DNA of 64,000 bases from assembly GCA_964016885.1 (NCBI GenBank), contig OZ024743.1, forward strand, positions 376,030,001-376,094,000. Direction: 5' to 3'. A model generated the notes under the pieces. The model was given only the letters and a program-made list of their open reading frames with translations. It did no database searches and was not told where the DNA came from. Positions 39,132 through 51,771 of this stretch are shown one piece after another; positions within the stretch are counted from its first letter, which is position 1, and every line of letters begins with the position of its first letter. Origin of the DNA: Eledone cirrhosa (lineage: Eukaryota). The translations under genes and the position numbers were made by a program.

Positions 39132-42100
39132 ATGTTCTGTTGTCTACGAAAAACCATAACATCTCGACAACTACACTTCATAAAACTGTGCACCACTTCT
39201 AGAATCTACACCAACACCATCAATACCGACGTTAGAAGATTACAACTCACCAAAAAACAAGCAGATAGGCTAAAACGAACTTTAATTCTAAACATAAAAA
39301 AGAAGATCTATAGAGAATTAAGTCATCAAGAAAAACTAAAGCGTAACCTAATAGATGAAATATCTAAAATCACCACACCAGCAGAAAAACTAACATTTAT
39401 AAGCCTTATACGCCCCGAAGAACAGTACATTACTCAAGAATGTAATAAGCACTTTAACAGAAAATTAAAGTGGCTTAAACAGGCAAAGCTAAATCGGGAT
39501 ACTATAGAGTATACCAATAGATATCCCGACAAAATTGACGGTATCAACATGGCCGACACCTCATTATCTGAAGAGTTCAACAATGAAAATACCAACATCT
39601 ATGGAAACACGGAAATAGATAATAATGAAATGTCTGTGTTACGTCTGCCACCCAAATTTGCGACATTCAAGAAGGTAAATATGATTAGTTGTCTGTCAGA
39701 AATAGAAAAATCATTTACGAAACTACGCTGGAGCATCAAAAACAAAAACAAAAGCAACAATATACGCACACACATATACAACACACATCCCAACAACAAC
39801 AGACACACAGACACAAACAACAATAACAACAACAATAGCAACATACCCAGATACAACAACAACAATAGCAACATACCCAGATACAACAGACACGCAGACA
39901 CAAACAACAATAACAACACACACGGAGACAAGAATAACAACAACACACACATCAACAACAACAACAATAGCAACATACCCAGATACAACAACAACAGACA
40001 CGCAAACACAAACAACAATAACAACACACACAACAACGATAACACACACACACACGGAGACAACAACAACACACATCAACAACAACACACATCAACAACA
40101 ACAACACACACGCATTCAATGCCTCTCACCACAATCTTAACAAACACACAGACACAGAAAACAAGTAATGACAGTAGCACAGAAATCAGAGAAATAAGAG
40201 AAAGTAATAGGATTAAAAGGAAAAGGAAAAGGAGATGGGAGACTAAGGACAAAGAGAATAACCAAGACGAACACACAGACACACAAAATAGGGTAGATAA
40301 CAACATTGAGCCAGTGGAAAGAGACAGGAGTAATTATGAGAGACATAGAAACAACCATGAAGCTGAGGCTGCTGCTGTTGGTGGAAATAGAAACAACACA
40401 ACTAACAATAACAATAGCACTAGTACACATAAAGCAGCAGCCTGGAACTCTCCGTTTTATAACCCCTCCGATAAATCATTCGACCTACGACGAGTCCACG
40501 CCACGACTTTGCCATTTAACAAACGCACGCAGTTGCCGTCGCAGGTCGATGAACAAACAGAGGCACAATTTAGTATAGCTAAATCCGAACTTAGAAATAT
40601 TATAGAACAGTATAGCAAGAAGTATAATAGAATAGAGGCCCAGCAACTGGGAGAAGAATCTGCAAATGGCTTGCGTAAGCTCATGCAGCGCTCGCGTAAT
40701 GGAGAGATAGCATGCTTTCCAACAGACAAGTCTGGCAGAATGTCGGTTGACAGCCTGCCAAACTACATCCAGGCAATGCAACCCCACATCACTAACACAA
40801 GAGAGGTAACACCACAGGAGCATGAGGATAGAGAAAAAACCCTCAATGCCCATATGGTGATGTGGACAAATATAATGCAGCCCAACAAAAGGACTGCCAA
40901 CAACTTCCAGGCCTGGAACAATGACGTGCCGGCGTTGTATGGGCTTCGTAAAGACCATAAAACGGGCTGGGACCCTGTCGCGGGACCACCAACACGGCCA
41001 GTCTGTGGGGCTAACATTGCTAGTAACTACAGACTGTCCTACTTCCTCTCCCTGGTCATACGCCCCATCATTGAGATGTCCCCAGATGTGTGTGACAGCA
41101 CGGAGGACCTCCTCAGCAGAATCGGCGCGGGTAACCGATCTGGGGACCTAACAAACTGCATAATAGGCAGTATGGATGTTGTGTCCCTGTATCCATCTAT
41201 TGACGTGGATTTTGCTGTGGAGAAATGCGTCGAAATGATCAGCGAGAGCAAGGTTGAGTTCCGTGGGATTGATACCAGTGAGCTGGGACTTCTACTTAAG
41301 CTTACCCATAGTAATAGTTACCTAGACACTTATGACCTTAGCAACCTGTGCCCTACAAGACCAGCAAGAGGCAGACCACCTACCATTACCTCTATGGCCA
41401 AGAAAACCCACACAGATAGATGGAACGGGTGGACCAGAGCCATACGGACACCCGAAAACCACGATGAACTGAAGAAAATGATTGCACATGCGGTAGGGGC
41501 CAGCATAAAACTAACCCTTAAGGAACATATGTTCAAATTTAATGGTAAAACATATGCCCAAGAGGAAGGAGCAGCCATTGGTGTTAGCATTGCAGGCGAC
41601 ATAGCTAACTTATTCATGGTATGGTGGGACAGTAGACTTAAACAAAAACTTAATGAACAATTAGAAGACAGCTTAACCCTGATAATGTACTCCCGCTACG
41701 TAGATGATATAAACATCGTAGTTAAGACACCCCCACTAAAGAACAGTCAGGAACTAGAGAAAAACACAATGGAAAGCATCCAGCAAATAGCAAACTCCAT
41801 CCACCAGAGCATTAGAGTTACTATAGACTACCCAAGTAGACACCCCAACCATCGATTACCTGTACTAGACACAGAGCTCTGGTTAGATACTATTAACAAC
41901 CAAAAACAAATCCTCCATTCCCATTATGCCAAACCCATGACTTCCAAACATCTGATCCACCGAAACTCGGCCATTTCGGACCATACCAAAATCAACATAC
42001 TGATTGCGGATTTGGTACGGGTGATGAGAAATGTGTCCCGCATGTGCAACCCCGAAGAACTAGAGAGACACATACAACACTTCATCCACCGTATGCAGTT

Positions 42101-42827
42101 CTCTGGCTACAATCAGAGAGATAGAATCAGAGTGTATAAAGGAGCCAGAACCAAATGGGAAAAAATGGTAAATAATGACATAAATGGGACCTGCCCCTTG
42201 TATAGGAGCAAATTTTGGAATAGAATAGAAAGAACTAAGAACAAGGCCAATAGAATAAACTCATGGTATGATAGCAATAAATACCAGAGTGTAATGTTCA
42301 TCAATACAACCCCTAGAGGCGAACTAGCCTACAAATTTAGAAGGGCCCTAAAGAAACATAATCTCAATATTAAGATAGTAGAAAGACCTGGTACCTCCGT
42401 AAAAACACTTATTAGCAAGACATACCCGTTCCAAAGACCCTCATGTATAGATAAGAAATGTATAACCTGTAAAATAAGCCCCCATATTAACTGTAAAACT
42501 AGAAATGTAGTATATAGCATAAGATGTACTGAAGGACAATGTAGAAACAAAAATGTAGTGTACATAGGTGAGACAGCTCGTAGTATAGGGGAACGAATAA
42601 ATGAACACTGGCGAGACCTCCAAGATAGTAAAGAATCATCTGTGCTCTACCAACATGCTAAGATAGAACACAGGGGTAAATTAGAGAGCATAGAAATAAA
42701 AATAGAATCCACACACAAGAAAGACGCAATGTTTAGGCAAATTACAGAGGCAGTAAGCATAAAAGAATTAAAACCAAAATTAAATAGAAAATATGAGTGG
42801 AACAGCAACATCACAACTTACAATTAA
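39132..42827 (+). CDS. PLE polyprotein: RT + C-terminal GIY-YIG endonuclease, 1231 aa
   Basis: TDKSG, LYGLRKDHK, RPV, SMDVVSLYPSI, GAAIG, RYVDD, LPVLD, Cx4Cx2C, VVY..YIGET, R..EH, LN. Confidence 0.95.
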   Translation: MFCCLRKTITSRQLHFIKLCTTSRIYTNTINTDVRRLQLTKKQADRLKRTLILNIKKKIYRELSHQEKLKRNLIDEISKITTPAEKLTFISLIRPEEQYITQECNKHFNRKLKWLKQAKLNRDTIEYTNRYPDKIDGINMADTSLSEEFNNENTNIYGNTEIDNNEMSVLRLPPKFATFKKVNMISCLSEIEKSFTKLRWSIKNKNKSNNIRTHIYNTHPNNNRHTDTNNNNNNNSNIPRYNNNNSNIPRYNRHADTNNNNNTHGDKNNNNTHINNNNNSNIPRYNNNRHANTNNNNNTHNNDNTHTHGDNNNTHQQQHTSTTTTHTHSMPLTTILTNTQTQKTSNDSSTEIREIRESNRIKRKRKRRWETKDKENNQDEHTDTQNRVDNNIEPVERDRSNYERHRNNHEAEAAAVGGNRNNTTNNNNSTSTHKAAAWNSPFYNPSDKSFDLRRVHATTLPFNKRTQLPSQVDEQTEAQFSIAKSELRNIIEQYSKKYNRIEAQQLGEESANGLRKLMQRSRNGEIACFPTDKSGRMSVDSLPNYIQAMQPHITNTREVTPQEHEDREKTLNAHMVMWTNIMQPNKRTANNFQAWNNDVPALYGLRKDHKTGWDPVAGPPTRPVCGANIASNYRLSYFLSLVIRPIIEMSPDVCDSTEDLLSRIGAGNRSGDLTNCIIGSMDVVSLYPSIDVDFAVEKCVEMISESKVEFRGIDTSELGLLLKLTHSNSYLDTYDLSNLCPTRPARGRPPTITSMAKKTHTDRWNGWTRAIRTPENHDELKKMIAHAVGASIKLTLKEHMFKFNGKTYAQEEGAAIGVSIAGDIANLFMVWWDSRLKQKLNEQLEDSLTLIMYSRYVDDINIVVKTPPLKNSQELEKNTMESIQQIANSIHQSIRVTIDYPSRHPNHRLPVLDTELWLDTINNQKQILHSHYAKPMTSKHLIHRNSAISDHTKINILIADLVRVMRNVSRMCNPEELERHIQHFIHRMQFSGYNQRDRIRVYKGARTKWEKMVNNDINGTCPLYRSKFWNRIERTKNKANRINSWYDSNKYQSVMFINTTPRGELAYKFRRALKKHNLNIKIVERPGTSVKTLISKTYPFQRPSCIDKKCITCKISPHINCKTRNVVYSIRCTEGQCRNKNVVYIGETARSIGERINEHWRDLQDSKESSVLYQHAKIEHRGKLESIEIKIESTHKKDAMFRQITEAVSIKELKPKLNRKYEWNSNITTYN

Positions 42828-43030
42828 GGACAAAATGAAAACACACACACACATAGAACAAACAACTTACAATTGAAAACACACACAAAATGAAAACACA
42901 CACAAGACAAAATGAAAACACACACACACATAGAACAAACAACCAACCAACAATAAATAAATAAATAAACAAACAAATAGAAAAATATAAATAGAAAAAT
43001 AGAAAAATGAACACAAACACACACAGACAC

Positions 43031-43086
43031 CCGGATGTGGCGCATGCGCAAACTGAGCACGCAACCCACACACAAACAAAATGGCG
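43031..43086 (+). promoter_or_regulatory. Putative pLTR promoter: ETS-, NRF1- and YY1-like motifs
   Basis: ccggatgt, gcgcatgcgc, aaaatggcg just upstream of the HHR. Confidence 0.45.
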
Positions 43087-43132
43087 TAGGATAGAAGAAA
43101 GGAAAGGCACAGAAACGAAGAAAGAAATCCCC

Positions 43133-43177
43133 AGTCACTGAAGAGGTCACAGAGTGTGTGACGAAAGAACTATGACT
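43133..43177 (+). ncRNA. Minimal type I HHR, family D
   Basis: agtca CTGAAGA g gtcac agagtgt gtgac GAAA gaac TA tgact; copies 36474-36518(-), 35709-35753(-). Confidence 0.85.
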
Positions 43178-43390
43178 ATATATATATAAACAACTATCTG
43201 GTTGTGGAACCAACCAACCAACCAGAAATTTATAAATTTGTAAATTTATAAATATTTAATAAATTAAATTGAAGTGAAAGCAACTGGTGCGTGTGTTTCT
43301 TATTGGCAGCATGACCCTCCCAAAGTGTAACAATATCGGTTTCAACACACGATTTCAGATAAAGAATCTTGCTAAACAAATTCAGAAACG

Positions 43391-43457
<67 letters not shown>

Positions 43458-43505
43458 TATATATATATATACAGATATATATATATATATATATATATAC
43501 AGATA

Positions 43506-43641
<136 letters not shown>

Positions 43642-43672
43642 TATATATATTTATATATATATATATATATAT

Positions 43673-44913
43673 AAACAATTAAGTTAAAAATGTACATCCA
43701 CATATGTATACTGAAATACTAGTATGCATATGAATACACACACGTGTACATATGTAGATGTACCGAGTTTTTCACTGGACACTTTACTGTGAGTGTCCAG
43801 CTATTCTGTATGTAAACACACAGACAAACCGGTTTTTAGAGTCATACTGGTTTTCGAGGAAACACCTTTCCTCTATTCTCCAGAAAGCCAGACAAGGAAT
43901 ATTGGACTAGTTTCGATGGTGTTACATCTCATCAGCAATATTTACCTATCTTCCGGCCTCTCTAGAGAATCGTAAAAGCACATATCGTTATATGCTTTTT
44001 CTATGAAAATTAGTAGTGGGCAGACCAATTTGCATAGAGCGTGAGTACGTACCGGTTCAGCGGAGACGATAAAAACAAATAACGAAACGAAATTAAATTT
44101 CGTTTCGTTTGTAACTCACTTTTGTATGACTGACGCTTAAACAATTAAGTTAAAAATGTACATCCACATATGTATACTGAAATACTAGTATGCATATGAA
44201 TACACACACGTGTACATATGTAGATGTACCGAGTTTTTCACTGGACACTTTACTGTGAGTGTCCAGCTATTCTGTATGTAAACACACAGACAAACCGGTT
44301 TTTAGAGTCATACTGGTTTTCGAGGAAACACCTTTCCTCTATTCTCCAGAAAGCCAGACAAGGAATATTGGACTAGTTTCGATGTTGTTACATCTCATCA
44401 GCAATATTTACCTATCTTCCGGCCTCTCTAGAGAATCGTAAAAGCACATATCGTTATATGCTTTTTCTATGAAAATTAGTAGTGGGCAGACCAATTAGCC
44501 CACTACTAATTTTCATAGAAAAAGCATATAACGATATGTGCTTTTACGATTCTCTAGAGAGGCCGGAAGATAGGTAAATATTGCTGATGAGATGTAACAA
44601 CATCGAAACTAGTCCAATATTCCTTGTCTGGCTTTCTGGAGAATAGAGGAAAGGTGTTTCCTCGAAAACCAGTATGACTCTAAAAACCGGTTTGTCTGTG
44701 TGTTTACATACAGAATAGCTGGACACTCACAGTAAAGTGTCCAGTGAAAAACTCGGTACATCTACATATGTACACGTGTGTGTATTCATATGCATACTAG
44801 TATTTCAGTATACATATGTGGATGTACATTTTTAACTTAATTGTTTAAGCGTCAGTCATACAAAAGTGAGTTACAAACGAAACGAAATTTAATTTCGTTT
44901 CGTTATTTGTTTT
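43673..44913. mobile_element. 466-bp non-coding HHR unit: ~1.8 tandem copies (-) plus inverted ~0.9 copy (+) (retrozyme-like, family K)
   Basis: aaacaattaag at 43673 and 44139; inversion at ~44496; (TA)n flanks. Confidence 0.9.
44577..44621 (+). ncRNA. Minimal type I HHR, family K
   Basis: aatattg CTGATGA gatg taacaa catc GAAA ctag TC caatatt; copies 43898-43942(-), 44364-44408(-). Confidence 0.92.
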
Positions 44914-44923
44914 TATATATATA

Positions 44924-45095
<172 letters not shown>

Positions 45096-45218
45096 GGAGG
45101 TGAGTTTTATTGTAGTACAATAAAGCAATGCAGATATCGGATAAGAAGCACTCTACAGTTTGTAGGACTGGAGTATACATAATATATAAGAACAAAAGAT
45201 GGTTAAAAGAGTTCCATG

Positions 45219-45289
45219 TATTTTATTATGCGCATTTCAAAAACAAATATCATCATGCAATAATATTTGTGTTTTCATCAGATAAAATA
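45219..45289 (-). ncRNA. Minimal type I HHR, family I
   Basis: tattttat CTGATGA aaacacaaatatta..gatatttgttttt GAAA tgcgca TA ataaaata. Confidence 0.85.
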
Positions 45290-45650
45290 GGAAGACATGA
45301 TATGAAGGTTAAAAAACACTTGTGGATAGTGCAGTTTTAAATCAACATATGAAAAGTAGTTTTAGATTGATGTGTGATATTGGGAAAAATATTTTTTTTG
45401 AGGGATGGGGTTGGAAAGGATGAAAAAGAGGAGGAGATGAGAGTAAAAAGTGGAGAGGGAGGAGTATAATGAGGAAGGATGAGATAGGAGGAGAGATGGG
45501 TGATAAAGAGAGAGAGATAGCTTTTATAACTGAGAAAAATATATTGTTTTACATAGAGAGGTTGAAAACCGTTGGAAGATAATGTATAAATTAAAAGAAT
45601 TTGAAAATTAACGAAGAGAAAAATAATGTAAAGTTAAGGTTTGTATATTG

Positions 45651-45818
45651 AAGGGTTTAATAATATGTGCGATGAAAAGAAAATGTTAATATGTATTAAG
45701 AATAATATTTAAGGGTTTAATAATATGTGCGATGGAAAGAAAAAGTTAATATGTATTAAGAATAATATTTAAGGGTTTAATAATATGTGCGATGGAAAGA
45801 AAATGTTGATATGTATTA
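45651..45818. repeat. 60-bp tandem repeat, ~2.8 copies
   Basis: aagggtttaataatatgtgcgatg at 45651, 45711, 45771. Confidence 0.9.
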
Positions 45819-46643
45819 TTAAAAAGAACAAGTAATGTAAGTAAGGATATATTGTGAGATGAGCATGAGTAAGTTAGATGAAAGGGAGAAAAATAATGAA
45901 TTGAGGATGAATAATCTAACGTCAAAAAATGTTTATGTTTACGAAGGATTTTTACAAGGTGATATAGAGTAAGAATGTATTGTATTTTGTAATAATTGTT
46001 TCTATGTTAGGCAACAGTGAGAAAAGGTACAGATTAGGGGTTAGACATTAAAAGAAAAAGAGAAGAAAGGGAAAATGAAGAAAGGGAAGTGATAAATATG
46101 AGTGATATAGAATGAGTAACAAGTATTATATAATGTATAATAAATAACTTTGAAATAAGGTAGAAAGATGGGTATATTTTTAAAGAAGTATATATATATG
46201 TGCCTTTGAGAAAAAGATTCTAAATTGATAAAGTTTTGGATATTAGCTGTATACTTTGTGGAATGTTTTGTGGAATTTATGCAAGCAGAGAGAAAACAAG
46301 TCAGTGCGTCTATTTATTATAGAATCTAAATTAGATATAATGATAAATTTTTCATTTAGACAGAGATTGCAAATCTTGGATAGAGAACTGTTCAAGTATA
46401 ACTGACACCAATTCCTTCACCTATTTTGGCTCCACTTCCACCTCCTTTAAAGCTCGTCTTTATAACCATCATTCGTCTTTTAAATACAAACTTAAAAGAA
46501 CCAACACGGCTCTCTCAGAACTCATGTGGTCCTTGAAAGACAAAAATATTAAATATAGCATCTTTTGGAAAAAGGTTTGTTCTGCGTCCTCATACTTGAA
46601 CAGTTCTCTATCCAAGATTTGCAATCTCTGTCTAAATGAAAAA

Positions 46644-47925
46644 TACTTTGGTTCGTGGTAACGTTCGCTGGCAAAGAACGGGAAAAAACGAATAATACGT
46701 CATTAATAGGAGCGGTGAAAAACAATTACGCGCAAAGACAAAACCACGTTTATGGTATAAAAGAGGTCGTAGACTAATGTTCTCTTAGGTGGTACATAGA
46801 GACGTTCTCTGGCAATGAGCGAAAAAACGAAGATAATAAGTCATATGTGGAGCGTGGAGAACAATAGCACGCAAAGACAAAACCACGTAAATGGTATAGC
46901 AGAAATCGTAGACTAAAATTCTAACTAGGAGACCAAATAAATCTCCGCTACAGAGTTTAGAACAAAGTAAATAAATACAATACAGAAGTAATAGAAACAA
47001 ATAAATACATACACGCAAACAGATACGTACATACACAAGCATACGCAAAACCTTACCATGGGTATACAAAACCACGCACATATAAATATGTGTGTGTGTG
47101 TATGCTTGTGTACAAATAAATAAATAATTATATAAACGTATATAAGTAAATAAATACGTATATAACAAGCGCACACGCATACCTACATATAAATACACGA
47201 ATGTTCGGAGACGTAAGTCAACTAAAACAAGAAGTACACATATACAAACACCCACCATACGTACGAACCTGCACACTCACGCGGACGCAAAACTCCCGTA
47301 TACACATAGCCAAACCCTAAATACCAGAATATGTAAAAATTATACGCTATAACAGTCAAATATACGTACGAGAAGGTATACGTACCTTCACAAAACATAC
47401 GGGTAATATATACTTACCTATGCAAATAAGTAAAGGAATAAACAAAACATATACTTAGCTCCCACATCAAGACGTAAAATATCCACGTATAGATCGTGCA
47501 ATCCGTTAGGGTATAACGTGGGGCTGTAATACAGGAAAGTTTTGTGCAATTTATGTTTACAAGCCGAAATTGCCTCAGATTTTTTGTTTAAGATGTGGTC
47601 TGTAGCGTAGAGTATTTCCAGGGCATCAGCGGCGCAGAGGTCACATGGTCTTTTATTTCCGTTATACGATCTAGCCCAAGCTAGGATCTCCCAGTGTAAC
47701 TTATATCGGGTGTGGTTGTCTTTTAGACTCCAGATATAAGCTGAAAGTGACGTCATATTCCTTCTTAGAGGGTAACGAAAAGAATGGGTATGCATGTAAA
47801 GACGCTGCTTGAAACTATTGACGGTTAACCCTATGTAGGCCCTACGGGACGTGGGTGTTACAACCTTACATTTGTAGACAATGTTACTAGAGAGGTATTT
47901 CCCGGATAGGGGGCAATCATGAGCA
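46644..47925 (-). mobile_element. PLE family H EN + partial 3' UTR
   Basis: CPLSGK..IVYKC..AYIGLT..RLYMH..CDLC; UTR stops before the HHR seen in the 30353 copy. Confidence 0.9.
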
Positions 47926-47931
47926 CTTATC

Positions 47932-49557
47932 ATGGCCATGAGCAATAGCGACCTGACTAGAGCCCAGGTTGATGTCATCCTTGCGGCCCGTAAAACCATA
48001 ATCACCTTTGAGGACCAACTATGGACACGCAAGGATACGCACAACAACTTCGACATAACCATGGGTTCTAGTGACTCGGCGCAGGTCACTGATTTGGTCG
48101 GCCTATACCTTCTCAATGAAATCCATAAGGACCTCCCTTACCTCAACGGGGGTTTGTACCGCGATGATGCACTTCTACTTATAGAATATAAAAAATTTAA
48201 TATAGAAAGAACTAGAAAACAATTGCATAAGACATTCAAAAACTTTAACCTTAGTATCACCATGGACAAAGACACTAAAAATGTTAACTTCCTAGACGCC
48301 ACACTATACCTAGACTCAAAAATATATACACCTTTCCATAAGCCTAACGAGAAACTTATTTATGTAGATACCAAGTCTAATCACCCTAGATCTATATTAA
48401 ACTCTATTTCTAAGGGGGTGTCCAATAGAATCTCTAGTCTGTCCTATGACGCATACATATTTAGCAAAAACTCACAATATTACAATCAAGCATTAGCTAG
48501 CTCCGGCCATAATATAGAAATTGAGTTCCTACCTAAGAAAACACATAGCTACAACATCATCTCGCACAACATGTCCATGAGGAAACCTAATAATAGGAAT
48601 AGCAACCACAAGTACACCAAAGCGGAGGGTGCCACCGGAAGTAACCATTACCATGGAAACTACTGTGGGGCCTTAGGAAGAAGCAACACACCAAACACTA
48701 AAAGCAAAAATAGAAGAAGAAATAATACATTTTTCAACCCTCCTTTCAACCTAAATGTCTCCACCAACATACCTAGGGCTTTCTTCTCACTACTAGATAA
48801 GAACTTCCCTCTAGGACACAAGTACCACAACCTCCTAAACAAAAACACCATTAAAATCTCATACTCTACGACGCCTAACTTAGCATACCACATAGCTAAC
48901 AGCAATAATAGTAAAATTAATTCTTACTTCCAACAAACAAAATCACAACAGGATGCAAACCCTCTAAACACCTCTGTAGCAAGCAACCATAGCAACGGCA
49001 GTAACAATAGAAATAACACTAGTATAAGTAATAACACCAGGGTTGAGAACCCGAACGCCCAAAATCCTATAGCTACCACACAGACTTCCGCACTGCATTA
49101 TAACCAGCGGACTAACGCACAGGATAATTATAACTGTAGAGCTAATAGAACCTGCCCTTTAGATAAAAAATGCCTAACCAAGGATATCATATACTCATGC
49201 ACCGTCACGACTAGCAACTCTTCAGAAACCTATGTAGGCTCCACTTCTAACTGCTTCAAAATCAGATATAATTCGCACATCCACTCGTTCAAAAAGCACA
49301 TCCTAGCAAACTCCACCTCACTTTCTAGCTACATACACTATCTGAAAACTAAAAATAAACCATACACACTCAAATGGGAAGTGATAGGCAGCGCGACCTC
49401 GTACAAACCACCTAATAAATTTTGTAACCTCTGTATACTAGAGACACACAATATTATCTTCTCCAACCGTAACCTACTTAACAAAAAATCTGAGGTGTTT
49501 GCAACTTGCCAGCACCGCTTCAGACATTCCTTCCAAAACTTTAAGCCCAATATATAG
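47932..49557 (+). pseudogene. 5'-truncated PLE RT + GIY-YIG EN (Hydra-like), open frame
   Basis: ITMGSSDSA, GLYRDD, FLD, SNHP, FFNPPF, NCRANRTCPL, IIY..YVGST, CNLC. Confidence 0.9.
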
Positions 49558-51001
49558 CAATGTCGGACTGGAACCTAACACCACATCTAGCATCAAACAC
49601 CAGAGGTACACCTTATACTACATACCCAACACTAACTGATCTAATATGACACAAACAACGACATCCCTCTGGAATCCTTCGCAGGGAGAATACCCATTTA
49701 TACCTCTACGTCAGGTGTGACAACATCCACCCACTTGAACGGCACTACACCGCTCTATGGGTAATTTGAGCATGAATTGATCGGTTTGATAGTGTTGTGC
49801 AGAGGAAACACCTTCCTTAGACAGATAAAAAACGATTTAATCTAGTAACGCTGTTGAGCAGTAGGACCAGGCTGCTGAGCGCAGTGAGTGAATGCATTGC
49901 AACTGGCGTGCGGGTTGTACGTATATGGATGATCTGGCCGTCAGAGAGGGGTCGCGAGGACTGCGGATTGACCTCTGGCCGGCCTGGGGATGATTATCTT
50001 TCGACATCCAATGTAGCAAGCGATGACCCAGAACTTACCAGAGATCATTGGGTCCTGAAGCAATCCTGCAATCACCGCGCCTGGTCCTATGAGTAGACTA
50101 CAACCACAGAGATCATTAATTTAGAATCCTCGCTCATCTTCTATAATTTCCTTTTGTGGCACCTTACGATGGGGGTTAATCCACCATAATAATATGAACA
50201 CCTTCAGCATAACTTAATTAAACTACTCTATAGTTAATACACTTTATGCTTTAAACATTTTTTTGGAGGATGCGCATCACCATAGAATTTAGGGTCTACA
50301 TTGTGACACATTTTAATAGCTAGGTATAGAAACCCCGGAGTTACCTCCCCGCATACATTAACTCCCCTTAGCCACACACACTTCCGGGTGGTATTCAATG
50401 GCGTTTCTCGAAACGTAACAGCCTCCTGTATTGAACTAAAGAACACCAGACTACGATCTCTAACTGGATTGTCAAACGCTCAATATCGAATTGTCGTGGA
50501 TTATGTGAGGGGCATATAATCGAAAAATACACTCCCATGACCACGAAAATGTCGAAGTACATGAAATGCTTGACACCCCCTTCGCTGTGCATCTCCAACT
50601 ATTTTAACACTTTTAATGCTTGCACTATTTTTAATGCTTATAACATTTCTCCACACAGACTATATCAATCATATAAAGAATTTGCCACCAGATCTACCAA
50701 CCTAACACTCTTGTTTACCTACCTAAGCGCCTCTACCACACATATCTCTCTGCCACACTATATAAACAAGACGCACATGCGTGCCACACATAACATTTCC
50801 ACTATATAACCGCTTATCTTCATGTTGTATTTTAACCTGTATTTTTGATTTTTGATTGTACCTCTTAATATAAATGTAATCTCGAAGTGTGTACTGCCAC
50901 TCTAAATTCTGTAATGAATGTTGACCCACAATGTTTGAATATGTATCGGTATGTCTCTCGGCTGAAAAGGAGGTCATATAACTGTCCATGCATTAATAAA
51001 T

Positions 51002-51048
51002 TGCTCCGAAGAATCCAAACCTCGGTTTGGAGGAAACAGCTGTAAGCA
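51002..51048 (+). ncRNA. Minimal type I HHR, family L (U4C variant)
   Basis: tgct CCGAAGA a tccaaacc tc ggtttgga g GAAA cagctg TA agca. Confidence 0.75.
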
Positions 51049-51310
51049 CAATAATGTTTTGAACAGCTCTTTGATTCTTATATTTCATATAACTGCTCTG
51101 TAAATCATCTGATGTTTTTACATTGAGCTACTTAACTTACTGGTAATAAGGTAGTAATACATTATTGCCTACCACTATTTAGGGTGTATGTAAAATACTT
51201 ATAACTGCATAAGGTTTTGTATTTACATAACCATAAATAGTTTAACTAATACTATATATATATATATACATCTGTATATATATATATATCTGCATTTATA
51301 TATATATATA

Positions 51311-51417
<107 letters not shown>

Positions 51418-51418
51418 G

Positions 51419-51481
<63 letters not shown>

Positions 51482-51496
51482 GTATATATATATATA

Positions 51497-51585
<89 letters not shown>

Positions 51586-51606
51586 CTGCATTTATATATA
51601 TATATA

Positions 51607-51687
<81 letters not shown>

Positions 51688-51771
51688 CTTTGAATAACTT
51701 TGAAATGTTTTGGCCAGTATTGGCCCAGGCCATGTCTAACTTAATAGCACCACCTGGCGAAGTCTTTCAAT

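Larger units (their letters stand above)
47925..51252 (+). mobile_element. PLE family L, 5'-truncated, long 3' UTR
   Basis: ORF, ~1.7-kb UTR, HHR, then (TA)n. Confidence 0.85.

Noticed and set aside
43793-44726. Triplicated 60-aa ORF
   Set aside because: GTG start, antisense to the HHR, repeated only because the unit is.
49927-49945. 7SK-like GATCTGGC motif
   Set aside because: Only 8 nt; other 7SK features absent.
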